Below the pieces are notes generated by a model. It did not search any database, was not told the origin of the DNA, and saw nothing but the letters and a program-made list of their open reading frames with translations. Shown here in pieces: positions 26,026 to 39,530 of a stretch of DNA of 64,000 nt. The DNA is from Podarcis gaigeae. Its lineage: Eukaryota. The stretch lies in assembly GCA_964106915.2 (NCBI GenBank), contig OZ066918.1; one strand, 5' to 3'. The position numbers and the translations under genes are program-made. Numbering within the stretch: position 1 is the first letter of the stretch; the number at the start of each line of letters is the position of its first letter.

Positions 26026-26512
26026 TCACTTTTGCACTTTTATTATTGGAGAATTGTTCCATCTTTGTACGGCCAATTTCCCAACCTTTCCTCTCACTAT
26101 ATTCAGTAGTAGAGAGGGAGAAAGAGAGCGAGAAGTAAATAAGTAAAATCTTCCACATATGAGACTATACTCAAGCCCTTTAAAATGGTTTGGGCATATT
26201 AGTGAGCTGATATCCCAGAGATGATGGGAACACAAATAGTTGAGAGTTCAACATATGTCCTCAACTCTTGGCAAAAGAAACACTTGCAGCATGCTTTTCA
26301 CATGATCATATGTTCATGGCTGCCACACCACACTGAGACTAGGAAAATCCCATGTGGGGTGTTAGTGTGATGACCTCTTGAACAAATCAGTATCAATTAA
26401 TTAAGTACTTGTTCTGCAGGCCTACTCTCCTTTCTCACTTCTCTTTCGTCTTTCTACTTCAATTCATTTTACATCCGTTCACCTATCTCACATGCTTTTC
26501 ACAATTTCATAG

Positions 26513-26569
26513 GTTTTCCGGAGAACAGAAAACGCAGACCCCGTCCACCGGGTTTGAAAGACCAGCATG
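26513..26569 (+). CDS. KY: KY coding exon 5 (GFPENRKRRPRPPGLKDQH)
   Basis: tttcatAG acceptor, G|GTAACT donor; resembles human RPRQPGGKDAH; frame continuous with exons 4 and 6. Confidence 0.88.
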
Positions 26570-27440
26570 GTAACTATAGAGTTGTATTATACCATCGCTA
26601 CTACTCCTACAGTACAGAGTTTATAGAGGAAACAACAATATACAAAACGGAAAGCATCCTTTTAAGAAATAAATGCACACACAAAACAAATGGAGTTCAG
26701 AGCCAAGTTTGCATTCAGCACCCAAGGCTGCCCATGTGGTGCTCCTTGCCACATGTTCGCCATTGGACAGTTTTTCTGTGCTGCCAGCTCTGTTATCTTT
26801 GAAGCGGTTTGCGAACTGACCTGACAGCACTTTCCATCTGTTTAGATGGCAATCCTCATGAGCAGCAGCAGCAGCATTGTTGCCACCCACAGCTCCCCAG
26901 AAAGATGCCTTGGACTGCATACACAACATACATTTAAATCACATGGCTTTCCCCCAAGGACCCTGGGAACTGTAGTTTATCTTTCCCAGAGCTACAGCTC
27001 CCAGAAACCATAACAAACCACAGGGTTCTTTGGGGGAAGTAATGGGCTTTTAAAAAATTGTGTATGCAGCTTGGAACAAGGGGTGAGTCCTCTCTGATGA
27101 CTCAAAGCAAGGATGCTGGTGCCGATGAGTTCCAAGAGGCTAAACTTACTAAGCTTTTGAAAATGCCATCAATGCATTGGCAATTTGGCTGAGAAGGAAA
27201 TCCTGCTCTCAGATTACACCTCCGCATTTCTTAGTTACAAATACAGCTGATTATTAGGGAGTGAACGTATAAAGCACAGCAGCCATGGTAGAGATCAGCA
27301 TCTGGCATCCTAGGCCACTGCCCCAGTGTTCCAGCGGGATCCACCGGCACTTACGCCTGCGTTGGACCCTCCATCTTGAGCATCTGGGCCTGTGAGCCTC
27401 CATTTTAATGTCCCACAGCACCCTGAAGTGAACACTCCAT

Positions 27441-28140
27441 TGCACGCCACCCCAGTCCCCAAGTGGTGTGAGTCCAGGTTCTTACCCAAGGTTTGTGTTT
27501 CCTTTGGAATGAGGCACAGCAGAGACTGTGGTGTCTTTATGATACGTGGTTTATATACACATATATAAGCAACCTGAGCCTATGATAGAGAGGCTTCACA
27601 GCATTAACACCCCAAGAGGGCTTTGTTTCACCGTTAGCCACAGCCTTTAATTCCTGCAGAAACCAAACATCTTTCTCTGCTTTACCTCTAGTGTAAGGTT
27701 ACTAAAAAAATTTCAATGAATCCAGGGACACTTTTCAACTTCAATTGATATTGTATGGGGACTGATTTGTAAATCCTGGGACTATCCCCGGGAAATGGGG
27801 ACGTCTAGTAACCTTACTCTAGTGTTTAGCTCACATCACCAACTCTCGGCTTTCAACTCTGCCTTTGGCCTTCTAACTACCCACCCATTTGCTATCTCAC
27901 ACAAAGCCCTTTCCTTTGTTCTGTTTAATGGCCCATCACCCAAGCTGACACCTCACCAAGAAGCTGGCCTGGCTAGTCCAAGAATTAGAAGGGGTTCAGG
28001 CATTCAGGCTACTCTCCGCCCCCAAAACCCACATAACAGCTACATGAAGTGTTCTAGGGCATTATGGTGAAATAAAATGGCAGTGCCTGGCCTCTCTTGG
28101 AGTGTTGTTTCTGTCACTATCGCCACCACTGCCAAGTACA
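27441..28140 (-). repeat. LTR-like dispersed repeat, copy 3, split by a hAT MITE (boundaries approximate)
   Basis: Homology to copy 2 on both sides of the 27694-27816 insertion. Confidence 0.6.
27694..27816. mobile_element. hAT MITE nested in an LTR-like repeat
   Basis: Perfect TIR taaggttacta / tagtaacctta and perfect 8-bp TSD ctctagtg. Confidence 0.9.
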
Positions 28141-30623
28141 CCTGAGGGAGCCCACCAGCGTAAGAGGGGCACACTAGATGGTACTTTGGCCAGAAACCCC
28201 TGCAGCCTGGAGCCAGTCCTTATGGAGATGAAACCTCATTTTGTTGATGGCAAGGTGTGTGCATCACCATAACCTGACCATGCACAGCCCTTTTCGGAAG
28301 TTTGATGGGCAAGTATTTTAGCTGAGCATGCTGCTTTTAAGATAGGCCTCCAATTAAACATTCAAAATTGGTATAGTCAGTGCCTGCCGATGTTATTTGT
28401 GCTTAAATATTGCCTTGCTCCAGTTTGCCCAGCATATCGGAGGCCTAGTACACAATTCTAGCTGCTAATGGTAACAGTGTGTGACTGTAAGAGTTATTGT
28501 GAATTCTGCAGCTGTAGGGAGCCTTTTCAGTTATAGCCTGACAAAGACTAAAACTGATCACCAATTTGAAGAAACTACCCGCTCCCAAATGGCAAAAAAG
28601 TAATTTTCTGAGCTGTATGGAGCAGGAACCTTTTAAGTGCGTAAATCTGCTTTAGCTCTCTTTAGGTCAGTGTAATAGCCCTCTTCAGCGAAAGGCCAGA
28701 TAAACAAACAAGCCTGTTAAAGAGACAGATGCCTCGTGCTTGAGTGCTGGTTTGAGACAGACAGATGGCTGTTCGGTACGTTAGGTGACAGCGCACACCC
28801 TCTTGCCTGTAGTTGCTCCATCACTAATCACAGTCTGGAAATGAGGTTGAACCAAGCCTGAGGAATAGTGAGAAACACAGGCTTCTGACACTAGGCTTTT
28901 TTCAGCTGTGCCTGCCCATTCCCCAAAGGTCAGACACAGCAGAAAAGGTGTGTTAGGGATGGAGAGAGAGCAAGGGAGTCGTGTGCTACTTGGCTTTAAA
29001 ATCAGGAGAGGTGTGACGCAGTTAGAATACTCCTGGACATTGTTCCTGGGCCCGTGAAGCTGCCAATTTGCAGTAGAGACTATTTAGCACCCAAGTGCAT
29101 CAGCTGATGTATAGCTGATTCACACAACACAGCATAGATGGCTTGTGTTGGCTGTGCATCTATGAACAGTCAGCATAATGGCAATATACAAATCTGATCC
29201 TCTGCAGATCTGTCAGAACATTTGGGCCCAGATGCCTCTGGGAAGCGCAGAAGCAGGGATCTGAGGCAATCAGCCTGTCCTACTGTGGCCTGTCATTCAG
29301 TGGCATTCTGCATAATTACCAGGAGGCAGTGGTGGCTGATGGGGCAGAAAGCAGGGAGGACAAGATCCAGAGCCCATTACAGGTGGAGCCAGAACCAACG
29401 AGAGGCAGAGGCAGCTATTTCTAGTTTTGTCTCCATCTTCCACCTTGCTGAATCCCAGAAGAGCAACACCGAGACGAAGGAAGAGGAAACTGACAGGCAG
29501 TAACACCCCCTGGACTGCCTGTAAATAAGGCAGTTAGGTGGGGCTGGCTGAGGGCAGACTGGGGTTGGTGCAGCAGTGCACAGTTTTGCCTAATGGAACA
29601 GCTGCCCCTTGAACCATGATACCCAACAGCCATTGGCAGACCTATCCTGTATCAATTTGTGTAATCCCCTTTAAAAGTGACCTAAGGTAGTGGCCATCAT
29701 GAACACAATCCTATGCATGTCTACTCAGATATAATATCTATTCAAATTGATTTAGTCCCAGGACAGAGTGCATAGGATTTCGGGCATAGGCTGTTTACAT
29801 GAAGCGATAGCCTGTGTAGGTAGGGATGCACATGGTTGCATAGAGAAAATGTTTTTACAAAGCTGATCAGATCTGATTCCATCTTTCATTAATAATCTGT
29901 GTTCTGCATGTGTTGCAGCTGATGCAAATCTCCTCTATTGCTTAGCCTTTTGGTTCCCGCTTAATCAGGAAACCTTTTGCCTCCCCTTTGTGCCTTAATG
30001 TTTATGAATTGGAAAGAGGTGCACAAAGCCAATGCCATACAGACAACTCCCCATTTACACGGGGGCTGTGTTCTGAGGCACTGTGTGTTTACGTGAAACT
30101 ATATATTGGGAACACCATTGAAAAAGCCTGCAAACACCTTCCAAACCTCCAACTCTCCAGAGGCCTCAATGGTTGGCGCAAGGACTCCTGGGATTGTGTG
30201 ATCAAACCCAGCCCTCCTGCCCAGCATGATATCAGCTGATTGACAAGTGGACGTGGTTTTGGAGACATGGCCTCACAGGCCAAATTGGATCCCCTGCTAG
30301 AGCACAACTGGTGCATAGGCTGGAGTTTCCTCATTCCTAGTTCATGTATAAACTTACCTGCTCAGTGCTCCATGCATCTAACGAAACAGGCTCTGGGGAA
30401 AGAAAGCTGATGCCACTATATATTTATTGGCCTTTTCAGTTGCTAGTGGACTTTTATTTATTTTTACATAATAAATGGAGGGAAACTTAAACTATTGTAA
30501 ACCTTGCATGTGAAAACGACTTTAGTATAGATCTGGTTTATGCTTGCTAGAGCATTTGTCCAGCTGAAATGTTTCTTCCTTTCCAGAATAATTATTACCA
30601 ATGACATGTGTTTTTTCTCCTAG

Positions 30624-30706
30624 CTTACCCATGGGACAAGTCATGCTTGAAATCCATACCTTTTGACCTAAAGGACTTTGAGAAATTGGATGCATATGCA
30701 ACAAAG
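30624..30706 (+). CDS. KY: KY coding exon 6 (AYPWDKSCLKSIPFDLKDFEKLDAYATK)
   Basis: ttctcctAG acceptor, AAG|GTAAAA donor; resembles human AYPWDRSSLKSMSLDLQQFEKLD. Confidence 0.95.
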
Positions 30707-32285
30707 GTAAAAACATAAATGGAGGTCATGACATCATGAATTCAAACTCTGCTTCCCATCATTTCTAAAACTCCAGCACCAGATATATACTGCATATATT
30801 CTAGTAATTACGCAATGGAATGCTTGTGGAATTTGGTTGTCTGAATGATCAGATATATCAGTTCAATTATTATTTTTTACAACACTGTGTGGAAAAAGCT
30901 ACATGGCTGCTGGTAAATATGCTGAGAAGCCAATTGTGTGGTGAATTAAAAACCAGTCAGCAGAGTGTTAATTTAAATATTTTAATTAACAATAATAACC
31001 CCTTTGGGGAAAAAAGATTACAGGAATTGGCCTTTAACATAAATTCATGATCCTTGGAATTGGGTTATTGACTGAGTTACCTATGCAGAATACTCTGCAA
31101 TCATCATCATATTTTTGAGAAGTTATAATACAATTTGTTGAAGTCTGATGATTGCGGAGTCTGTTGCTCATATCAACTCCTTCAGACAACCTCTTCCACT
31201 TGAATAGCAGGCAAAACACAAACAGTCCTTTGAATTTCATTGGTGTATTCCTGAGGTGTCTTTCAGATTCTGCATTAAGAATACCCTTCCGCAATCATCT
31301 GAATGGAACTCTTCCCTTCTTACCCCAAGCTGCCTTAGACCAAGTATTGCCAGCCCTGACAGGAAGTAGTTCTCCAATTGAAAGAGACATTTCAAATTAC
31401 TTGCTGCCTCACCCTTCCCCAACCTAGTGCTTTCCAGAGGTTGTGGACACCATCAGCCCCAAGAGAGTGTGGCCAATGATGAGGGGTGATGGGAATTGCA
31501 GTCCAACAACATCTGGAAGACCCTAGTCTGAGGAAGGCTGGTCCTTTGAACAGGAGATGTGAGGCATTGGGCCTGCAAAGCAAGTGCTCTACTACTGAGT
31601 AATGATCCCTTTCCCTAGTAATTCCTCAGATGATATTTCCCTGAGGAAGCACTTCCAAATGTTTTGCTTTAGCCAAAATCTGAGGACAACCTTAAAAGCT
31701 GCTGAGAAACTCCACAGGTCTTATGAAAATGTTGTTTGGCTTCCCTCAGATGTTTCACTTCAGGAGGAGCTCCAAAATTTGCTTCCAATTTCACTTTGGA
31801 CAAAAAATTCACTGGCAACTCCATAAACAACTTGCTAAATATTTCTCTCAAAGACAACATCAGCCCAGGATGAGGTGTCTGCTGAGTATGTGGCTTCCAG
31901 ATCTTTTAGAACAGATACAACACACTTTCATTGGCTGGCAAAGGAAACTGTACAGTAACAGAATCTCATATTGGCCTGAGGGTTGAGCAGGTCTGGCTGA
32001 CAACCATCATACCATGTGAAAGGAAACAGTTTAAATAGAATCCAGTTATAGAATAGTGTCTAAACGTATCTGAAGGGCATACGCAGGATAGGAGAGAGTA
32101 ACCCTACCCAATAATATATTTGAAGCTTGTAAAAGACTTGCTTCTTAAAACACAGCAAGCTGCCAAGAACAGCATGATGAAGTTGAGGAAAACCCTGTTC
32201 TGAGTGCCTTATGCCAGCCTGCTGACTAATAGATAGGGCTTCTAAACAAACAGAAAATGGCTCCATCCTGAGCCAAACTGTAACC

Positions 32286-32417
32286 CAGGTGTAGGGAACC
32301 TTTGGCCACCCAGACATTGCTGAACTACAACTCTGCTTGTTGAACATGCCATATGACCAGAGATGGCGTGACCTGCAGTTCTGCAACCTCCAAAGGGCCA
32401 CAGGTTCCCCATACCTG
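32286..32417. mobile_element. hAT-type hairpin MITE
   Basis: TIR caggtgtagggaacctttggcc / ggccacaggttccccatacctg. Confidence 0.7.
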
Positions 32418-32584
32418 TAAGCTAATGTGCTTTCTGTGAAACATAGCAGAGATTTTGTTGATGAAGTCAATGGTTCTGCCAAGTAGTGGACCCTAAGAGA
32501 GATCCTCTAAGTTTTGTAGGAAGGCAGAAAAGGTTCACAGTTGGTTTGAAATCACCGGTTATCCACTTTCTTCCTATAATACAG

Positions 32585-32693
32585 GTGACCGCCAAGAGTA
32601 CTGTGGAGGAGCTGGTGAAAACCTTGCTTCGCGTAGCACGTACCGACCTGGAAAAGGTTAGGGCCATTTGGACATGGATATGCCATCATATAG
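32585..32693 (+). CDS. KY: KY coding exon 7 (VTAKSTVEELVKTLLRVARTDLEKVRAIWTWICHHI)
   Basis: acAG acceptor, G|GTAAGC donor; DLEKVRAIWxWICHHI KY motif. Confidence 0.96.
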
Positions 32694-34023
32694 GTAAGCA
32701 GAGGATGCCGTCATTTCCTGGAACCTGTGGATAATGCTGAACAGTTGCATGCCTTTTACTGTGGTTCTAGAACCCAGGTTACATATTGTGTTGACAATAG
32801 AGAGAGGGAGAATGTCAAAAAAATGCATCAGGCCTGGAAAATCTGAATTTTAATAAACTTTGAAATGTTTTTACCACCACTGTAAAAAGTGTTGTGTCAA
32901 TAATCTTCTCACTCATATACCTTTCAGAGAACTGTTCATTCCCAGAAAATACAGATGTAAAATATTGTCTTCCCTTGGGCCATTCTTTCCCAGTTCAAGT
33001 TTGGCGCAGCTGTGAAAATAGTGTTGTGACACCACAGAAAGCTCTTAGCACTATTTATGAAACAAATGACAGTTGATTCATACTAGATTGGGTTTGTATT
33101 GGTGCCTACAGCTTTTCTGCTGCAAGGAGGGAAAAGTAGCAATTTGGAATGGGAACTGGCCAAAGGAGAAAGGGTTGAACAGTTCTTCTCCCTTAGGATG
33201 TAATTCTACGGTCTCTGGGCAGAGAGGGAGGTCCTTCCTTGAAAACCCCCTCTCAGGCAGTGCAGGAAGAATTGTCACTGGGGCTTTCCAGCTGAGGTCC
33301 AGTGAGAGAAAGCACTGGAAAGGGGTGCACCAGTGGTGGGTCACTGTGGGATTTGAAGCTGCTAGATCCAAAACCCTCCCATTCTCCAACCAACACCCCA
33401 GCAACACAGGGAGGGAAAGTACATCAACCCACGGACTGGTGTACTGAAAAAGAAAAGAACTGCCCTCTCTTCCCTTTCTGTCCTACTGGTGAGAGCCTAG
33501 CAGGAATTTAGATCTGGTGGTGCATCTATCCCTGGGGCAAAGCAGACCAGGCTGATCAGACCTCCTTTGATTCCCACCCCTGTTAGAATCTCAGTATCTA
33601 CCAACCAGAGCCAGACACAAAAGACATCCCAATTACAATTAAAGAACAGGGTGACTCTGAGCACACTGAACTTAGTGCTAGGAGTTTGTTTTCAGCAGCA
33701 GAAGTTAACTGAATTCACAGTCCTTTTACACACTAATGCATTTCTCCTGGTTAAGTTTCTTCATTTCAGAAGTCTAATTTGGATAGGAAAAGTTGTTTTG
33801 TTCTTGTTCTTTAACAACAGTGTGTCAGTATCCATTGCACATTACCAAGGGTTTCCACTGACAGGCTTCCTTAGGTGAATCCCACCCTACGTAAACATCT
33901 GTTGTACCTGTTTGTATGTGAATATTTCCTGGTTACTTAGCGCAGGTCTGAATGACCCTTGTTTCACTTTGTCTATTTGTTTACTTTACACCTGTGGTTA
34001 AACTTTCAACCTTTGCTCCCCAG

Positions 34024-34141
34024 AATATGATATTGTGGGCTTCTTTAACAAAGACCAGCAGTCTTTCAAGCCCAAGGATGTTCTCCAGAGTGGAAAGAGC
34101 ATTTGCGAGGGATACGCTGGGCTCTTTGAACAAATGTGCAG
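34024..34141 (+). CDS. KY: KY coding exon 8, contains the catalytic-type Cys (ICEGYAGLFEQMC)
   Basis: ccccAG acceptor, AG|GTACAT donor; transglutaminase-like core motif C-x-GYAxLF. Confidence 0.96.
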
Positions 34142-36084
34142 GTACATGAAGATCAGAAATGTTCCCTTGCTCTGTTACCTATGCACCAGTTCTATCTTAA
34201 CACCAACTAGGATTTGAAGCACTGTTTTGAAGCTGTATTGTTGAACAGCAGCAAGTCCTAGAAAGGTCAATTTTGCTTTCCGCCCCCCCCCCTCCATAAT
34301 TTACTTTGTACCATCTGCTGAGGCTCGCATTGCATTAACATAATGGCAGATGAGTACATGGGGATAATTTAGTTAGAAGAGGCTCTCTGATTTTTTTCTG
34401 GAGCATCTGAAGGTTAAAAGAACATTAGGACTGAAGAATATAGACTACCCCGTGCAGTTCCTCACATGCAAGAAATGGTGAGTGGTGTGTCCCATTCTGG
34501 ACTTGGCCACATCCTCTGCAAAGTGCCCCATACATCTAGTGCAGGAGCACCCCGGTGCAAAAACCTTTTCCGTCCAGGGGCCACATTCCTTTCTGGAGGA
34601 CTTCCCAGGGGCCACAAGTCAGTGGTGAGTGAGAGGGCAGACTCTGGACAGGATTCATCTAAGTTGTGTGTGTGGCACTCATGCAACAGGACATTTCCTC
34701 CCTCTCAAGGGGACAGCAAGGCTGGTGAGGGGCATGGCCTGAGAAGATTCCCAAGGGCCAGTTAGAGAGGATTGGAGGGCCACATTTGGCCTTTAGCCTG
34801 AAGTTTCCCACCCTGAGTTAGAGGGATGGGATTTGGCTGTGCAAGCACTGTGATTAATTTCTACCTGACTGCTCACAAAAGAATGGCTACAAGACATACA
34901 AGTTGATTCCTTCACAAGAACTTTCCTGATAGCTTCGTTTTATGAATTAAGGCTGGTGAGAATGCTTTTTAAAAAAAAAAAAAGAAAAAAAAGATGTTGT
35001 TAGAACTTCCTTGAAGACTTGGATTCCCATGCCACCCAATCTGTTACATCCAGACCTTAATCGAATCGAGAATAAATCAAGGTTTTCTTCCAATACATCC
35101 TCTACCCATTGGGAAAACACAGGTGCTTATGGAAGGAATTATGTCTATTTTTAATTGCAGCTTTCAGAGGTCTTCCAAGCCAAGCCCCTGGTGTCCATAA
35201 AAAGTTAACATCAACATGATGAAATGTTGTGTTATCAGATATCATTTAACAATAGAAATTATCAACTAATCCAAATGTTCCCTTGTCAGGATCTAGCCCT
35301 GCTGGAAGCTAATTAAGCAATTGTGGGATATTGAAGCACTCACCAAAATGTTCATCCCATTGTAAGAAGGATGCTTATGGAAAACAGCATTTACATGCCT
35401 ACTTGAATGCAGACGCTGTGCATCTTCACTGCATGTCTTCCAATGTGCTATGGATTCCAATCCTTATCCATTCTGCAACAGCTAATCGTGGGCAACTACA
35501 CATGGGTCAGGCTAGGTTAGCCACATCATGTTTTGATGAACACAAAGTCTGCCAGAGCAGCGTGACAAGCATTGTGGCTGCTTTGGCAATGGAGATGTAT
35601 CCCATCTCTCTCCATTCTGCCTCACTGAATGGGCTGGGGCCAGTGGAAGACTTTTCTTAGCCCTCAGTGAAGTTACATTGACTACTTGCTGCAGACATCA
35701 TTGCATTCATTATGGCTGAGATCACACAATGAAATCCTAAAATGGGACCATAAGTAGCCCATTGAGGGGTGCAGAACGGGTGCAGAAATACCACAAAAAG
35801 CCATTAAGGTAGGAAGTCTCTATAGGGTATTTTGCACCATTCGCAAACCTGAATATTGCCTAGTGTGCCTCAATAAAGCATGTAGCCCCTTCCTGTTAGA
35901 CTGAGGCAGTACTATGTTCTGCTTTCAGTCAAATTATCCAACCTCATTTGTTTTCCTTTCTTAAGACATTGAAATCAACAGAGAATCCTGCCATCCTTTG
36001 TTGTTGTTTTTCCATCGCAAACACTGTTGAAGAGGAAACTGAATCCAAATTCCCTTCTCTACCCCAAACCATTGCTCTGTCAAA

Positions 36085-36598
36085 TGTTGTTTAGTCGTTT
36101 AGTCATGTCTGACTCTTCGTGACCCCATGGACCAGAGCACACCAGGCACTCCTGTCTTCCACTGCCTCCCGCAGTTTGCTCAAACTCATGCTGGTAGCTT
36201 CAAGAACACTGTCCAACCATCTTGTCCTCTGTCGTCCCCTTCTCCTCGTGCCCTCCATCTTTCCCAACATCAGGGTCTTTTCCAGGGAGTCTTCTCTTCT
36301 CATGAGGTGGCCAAAGTATTGGAGCCTCAGCTTCAGGATCTGTCCTTCCAGTGAGCACTCAGGGCTGATTTGCTTAAGAATGGATACGTTTGATCTTCTT
36401 GCAGTCCATGGGACTCTCAAGAGTCTCCTCCAGCACCATAATTCAAAAGCATCAATTATTCGGCGATCAGCCTTCTTTATGGTCCAGCTCTCACTTCCAT
36501 ACATCACTACTGGGAAAACCATAGCTTTAACTATATGGACCTTTGTTGGCAAGGTGATGTCTCTGCTTTTTAAGATGCTGTCTAGGTTTGTCATTGCT
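36085..36598 (-). mobile_element. Bov-B (RTE clade) LINE, 5'-truncated, KY intron 8
   Basis: AMTNLDSILKSRDITLPTKVHIVKAMVFPVVMYGSESWTIKK...LEKTLMLGKMEG...HGVTKSQT is the Bov-B ORF C-terminus; (CAA) tail; 14-bp TSD cattgctctgtcaa. Confidence 0.95.
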
Positions 36599-39004
36599 CT
36601 GTCAAGTGTACCTCCAGCCAAAAACCTAATGCTTGGGGTGAGAGAGAAAGGAGCAGCTTTGCTATGTTTGTGCCTGCTGAGCAGGCAAAAGCTGACACAT
36701 TTGTCTTTCATTTCTATTCTAGAGCAGAAACCTTTAGAGTACTTCCAAGCAATGGCTGTGATATTTCAAGATTAGCTAGCTTGTTGTTGCAGCAAGACCA
36801 GCACAACATAATAATGGTGCACAACTGCTGTTGTAATGATCAGGGTGATAATCTTCATGTAGCAACAAGGTGCACTCTCAACCTTTCATTACCGTCTCGC
36901 TATGTATGTAGGCAATTTTCTTCAAGCTATACATTTAAGTGACACTGGATGGAGGGCATAACATTTCTAACTGAATAGGCTTGGGGGCAAGAGCATTCAG
37001 TGTCGGGCCATGGAATTCGCCTCTCATGCCGAGATTTTGGCACCCTGTTAGGCGTTCCGGTGTTCAGGTCTCACATACAATGTAACCTCCATGTTTGATC
37101 AGGAGTTGAAGATTCTGGTGGCAGCAGGGTCTCGTCTCCAACAGCTGCTTTGCTTGGCAAGCCTGCCGCAGCTCTGGCTGCATTTGTGAGATGAACGACT
37201 TTTATGGAGGATAATAAACGCTGGGGAAAGCCTACCTTGCAGTCCTAATCATTACCACAAAAATGGCTTTGGAAACAAATGAGGTTGACAAGACACCATC
37301 CATCTCCATTGTTGATGTAAATAATATAATTAACCAAGAATACTTTTTAAAGCAATGCTGGATTGCCAGCTTGGCATATCAAGGAAGAGCCCATCCAAAA
37401 CTCCAAAGCCTTGCTGACTTGGGCAGCTGTCTGGGCTGGCAGCCCCACAGCTCGAAACAGCAAAGTTAATTGACTAAGGGCAGAACTAACTGGGTGAACA
37501 AAACACCATGCTGGCAGAGGGAAGTAGCAACATGCAGAAACGCTTCTATTTCAGCAGTTTAAATCAGGAATCACTGTTGCCTCTAGTGCTGGCCCAGCTA
37601 TAGACATGATGAGGAAGAACCCGACCGTCAACCAAGTAACCATTTTCTCCTTTCATTGATTATATAGACTTGCCTTCTCTCCAGCCGTACCCTTTATCAC
37701 TGGCAATTATCTCATTTCTCCACACGCCTGGCTGAAACAACTCTCTCTCCCTTCATGCACTTTCCCTAAAGCCTTTCAAATTTTTGTTCTCAACCACTTT
37801 TCTTCACATTGAAGTGACCAGCTCTGTCTACTGCAGTAGTACTGAAGGGAAGGTCATGCCATTCACGTAACACCATTGTAATTTGCACTGTTTTCCGGGC
37901 TATCTTCTATTCCCCTTTGAAACACAGGCTAACATCTTATTTGCTTTTAATCATCTCCATGCACTGAGCAGATGCTTTCGCTGAACTGTCTGCAAGGATT
38001 GTATCACTGTCTGCAATCAATTCCAATTGTTTCATTCAATCCAATGTTGCCACAAATTTAATTTCATCTACCATCACTCTGTTCAAGCTACTGGCTTTGT
38101 TAAGCGTCAAGGGAGCTCTTCACAGCCCTCTCTAGCCACTCACTCCTAATTGATGAGTTGTTAACAGTAAAAGGAAGGAACCTGGTTAGGCCATCTCTAT
38201 AGGATTGTCCAGAATTATTACGTGACTGGCTTGTTTGCTGCCTTTTTAAAACAGAATATGCAATGCAACTTACAAAACTACCGACATAATACAAAGCAAG
38301 AGAAAGATGAAACACCAGCTAAAACCACAACACATTTCAGCAAAAACAAACACAGCAATGTAAAACAGCAGCGGGGCACATGATAAAAGCAGACTTCAAC
38401 AAAAGTTCACATATGAGATCATCGTTACTGCCTGCAGGCAGTGAGAGAACTATTATGTGCTTTGCTCAGGAGAATGGTCCAAACCCTGAGTGCCACAGTT
38501 GAAAAGGCCCTTTCCTGGATACTGATGTGCCATTTCATACAGCAGTTATGAAACCCAAAAGAGGGCTTCTGCAATAGAATGACGGTCCCATGCTGGCTGA
38601 GATGGATGGATGTGATTTTGGAGATATTCTGGGTCCAACCATGATAGGTCAAAGCAGTGCTTAAACTGAGCTGGGAAGCAAGCTGGTAACCAGTGATGCT
38701 GGAGAATGGACAATTCCTATCAGAAAATTCACTGCCACATTCTGGATCAGTTGAAGCTTTAAGGCTGTATTCAAGAACAACCCCATGCACAGCCCTATAG
38801 TCATCTAACCTGGATGTAACAAGTATAAACTAAGACATTGTACTATGAGACTTGTGTGAATTCCTCAGAACTGGTCAAGACAGGACTCCAGTCAGGGCTG
38901 CAGCTTTGCTGGTGGAGCAGCCAGCTGGATTTTATGGGGCTGAACCTTTACAAGCAGAGCCAGCCTAGACTACATCCTCCTATGCCTAGTTTGGGGATGA
39001 AGAG

Positions 39005-39530
39005 GAGGAAAGAGATGACAGAATGACCAAGGGACTGGAGCAACTCACCTATCGGGAAAGGTTACAATGTTTGGAGCTTTTCAGGTTGGGGAAAAGGTGA
39101 GTGGGGACATGACAGAGTTGCACGTTGTGAAGAAAATGGATAGAGTATTTCTCTGTCTCATATAATACTAGAACTTGGGGCCATCCAAAGAAGCTGAATG
39201 TTGAAAGATTCAGGACAGACAAAATAAAGGACTTCTTCACACAATGCAGTTAAACTATAGAATTTGCTCCCACAAGAGAATGATGGTCAACTTGGCTGGT
39301 GTTAAAAGAGAACTGGACACATTCACAAAGGACAGGCCTATCTGCAGCTACTAACCATGAAGGCTATAATCTACCTCTGCTGTCAGAAGCATTACATTGC
39401 TGGATGCCAATTGCAATTCAGGTCCTGTTTGTGGGCTTCCCACTGGTATCTGGTTGGCCACTTTGAGAACAGGATGCTAAGCTAGATGAGCCTTTAGCCT
39501 GATCAAGGAGGGCTCATTTTATGTTCTTAA
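39005..39530 (+). mobile_element. CR1-clade LINE 3' fragment (degraded)
   Basis: Reads RMTKGLEQLTYRERLQCLELFRLGKR...RTWGHPKKLNVERFRTDKIKDFFTQ; ends ttatgttctt. Confidence 0.8.

Noticed and set aside
36119-36775. 218-aa + strand ORF
   Set aside because: Antisense shadow of the Bov-B ORF
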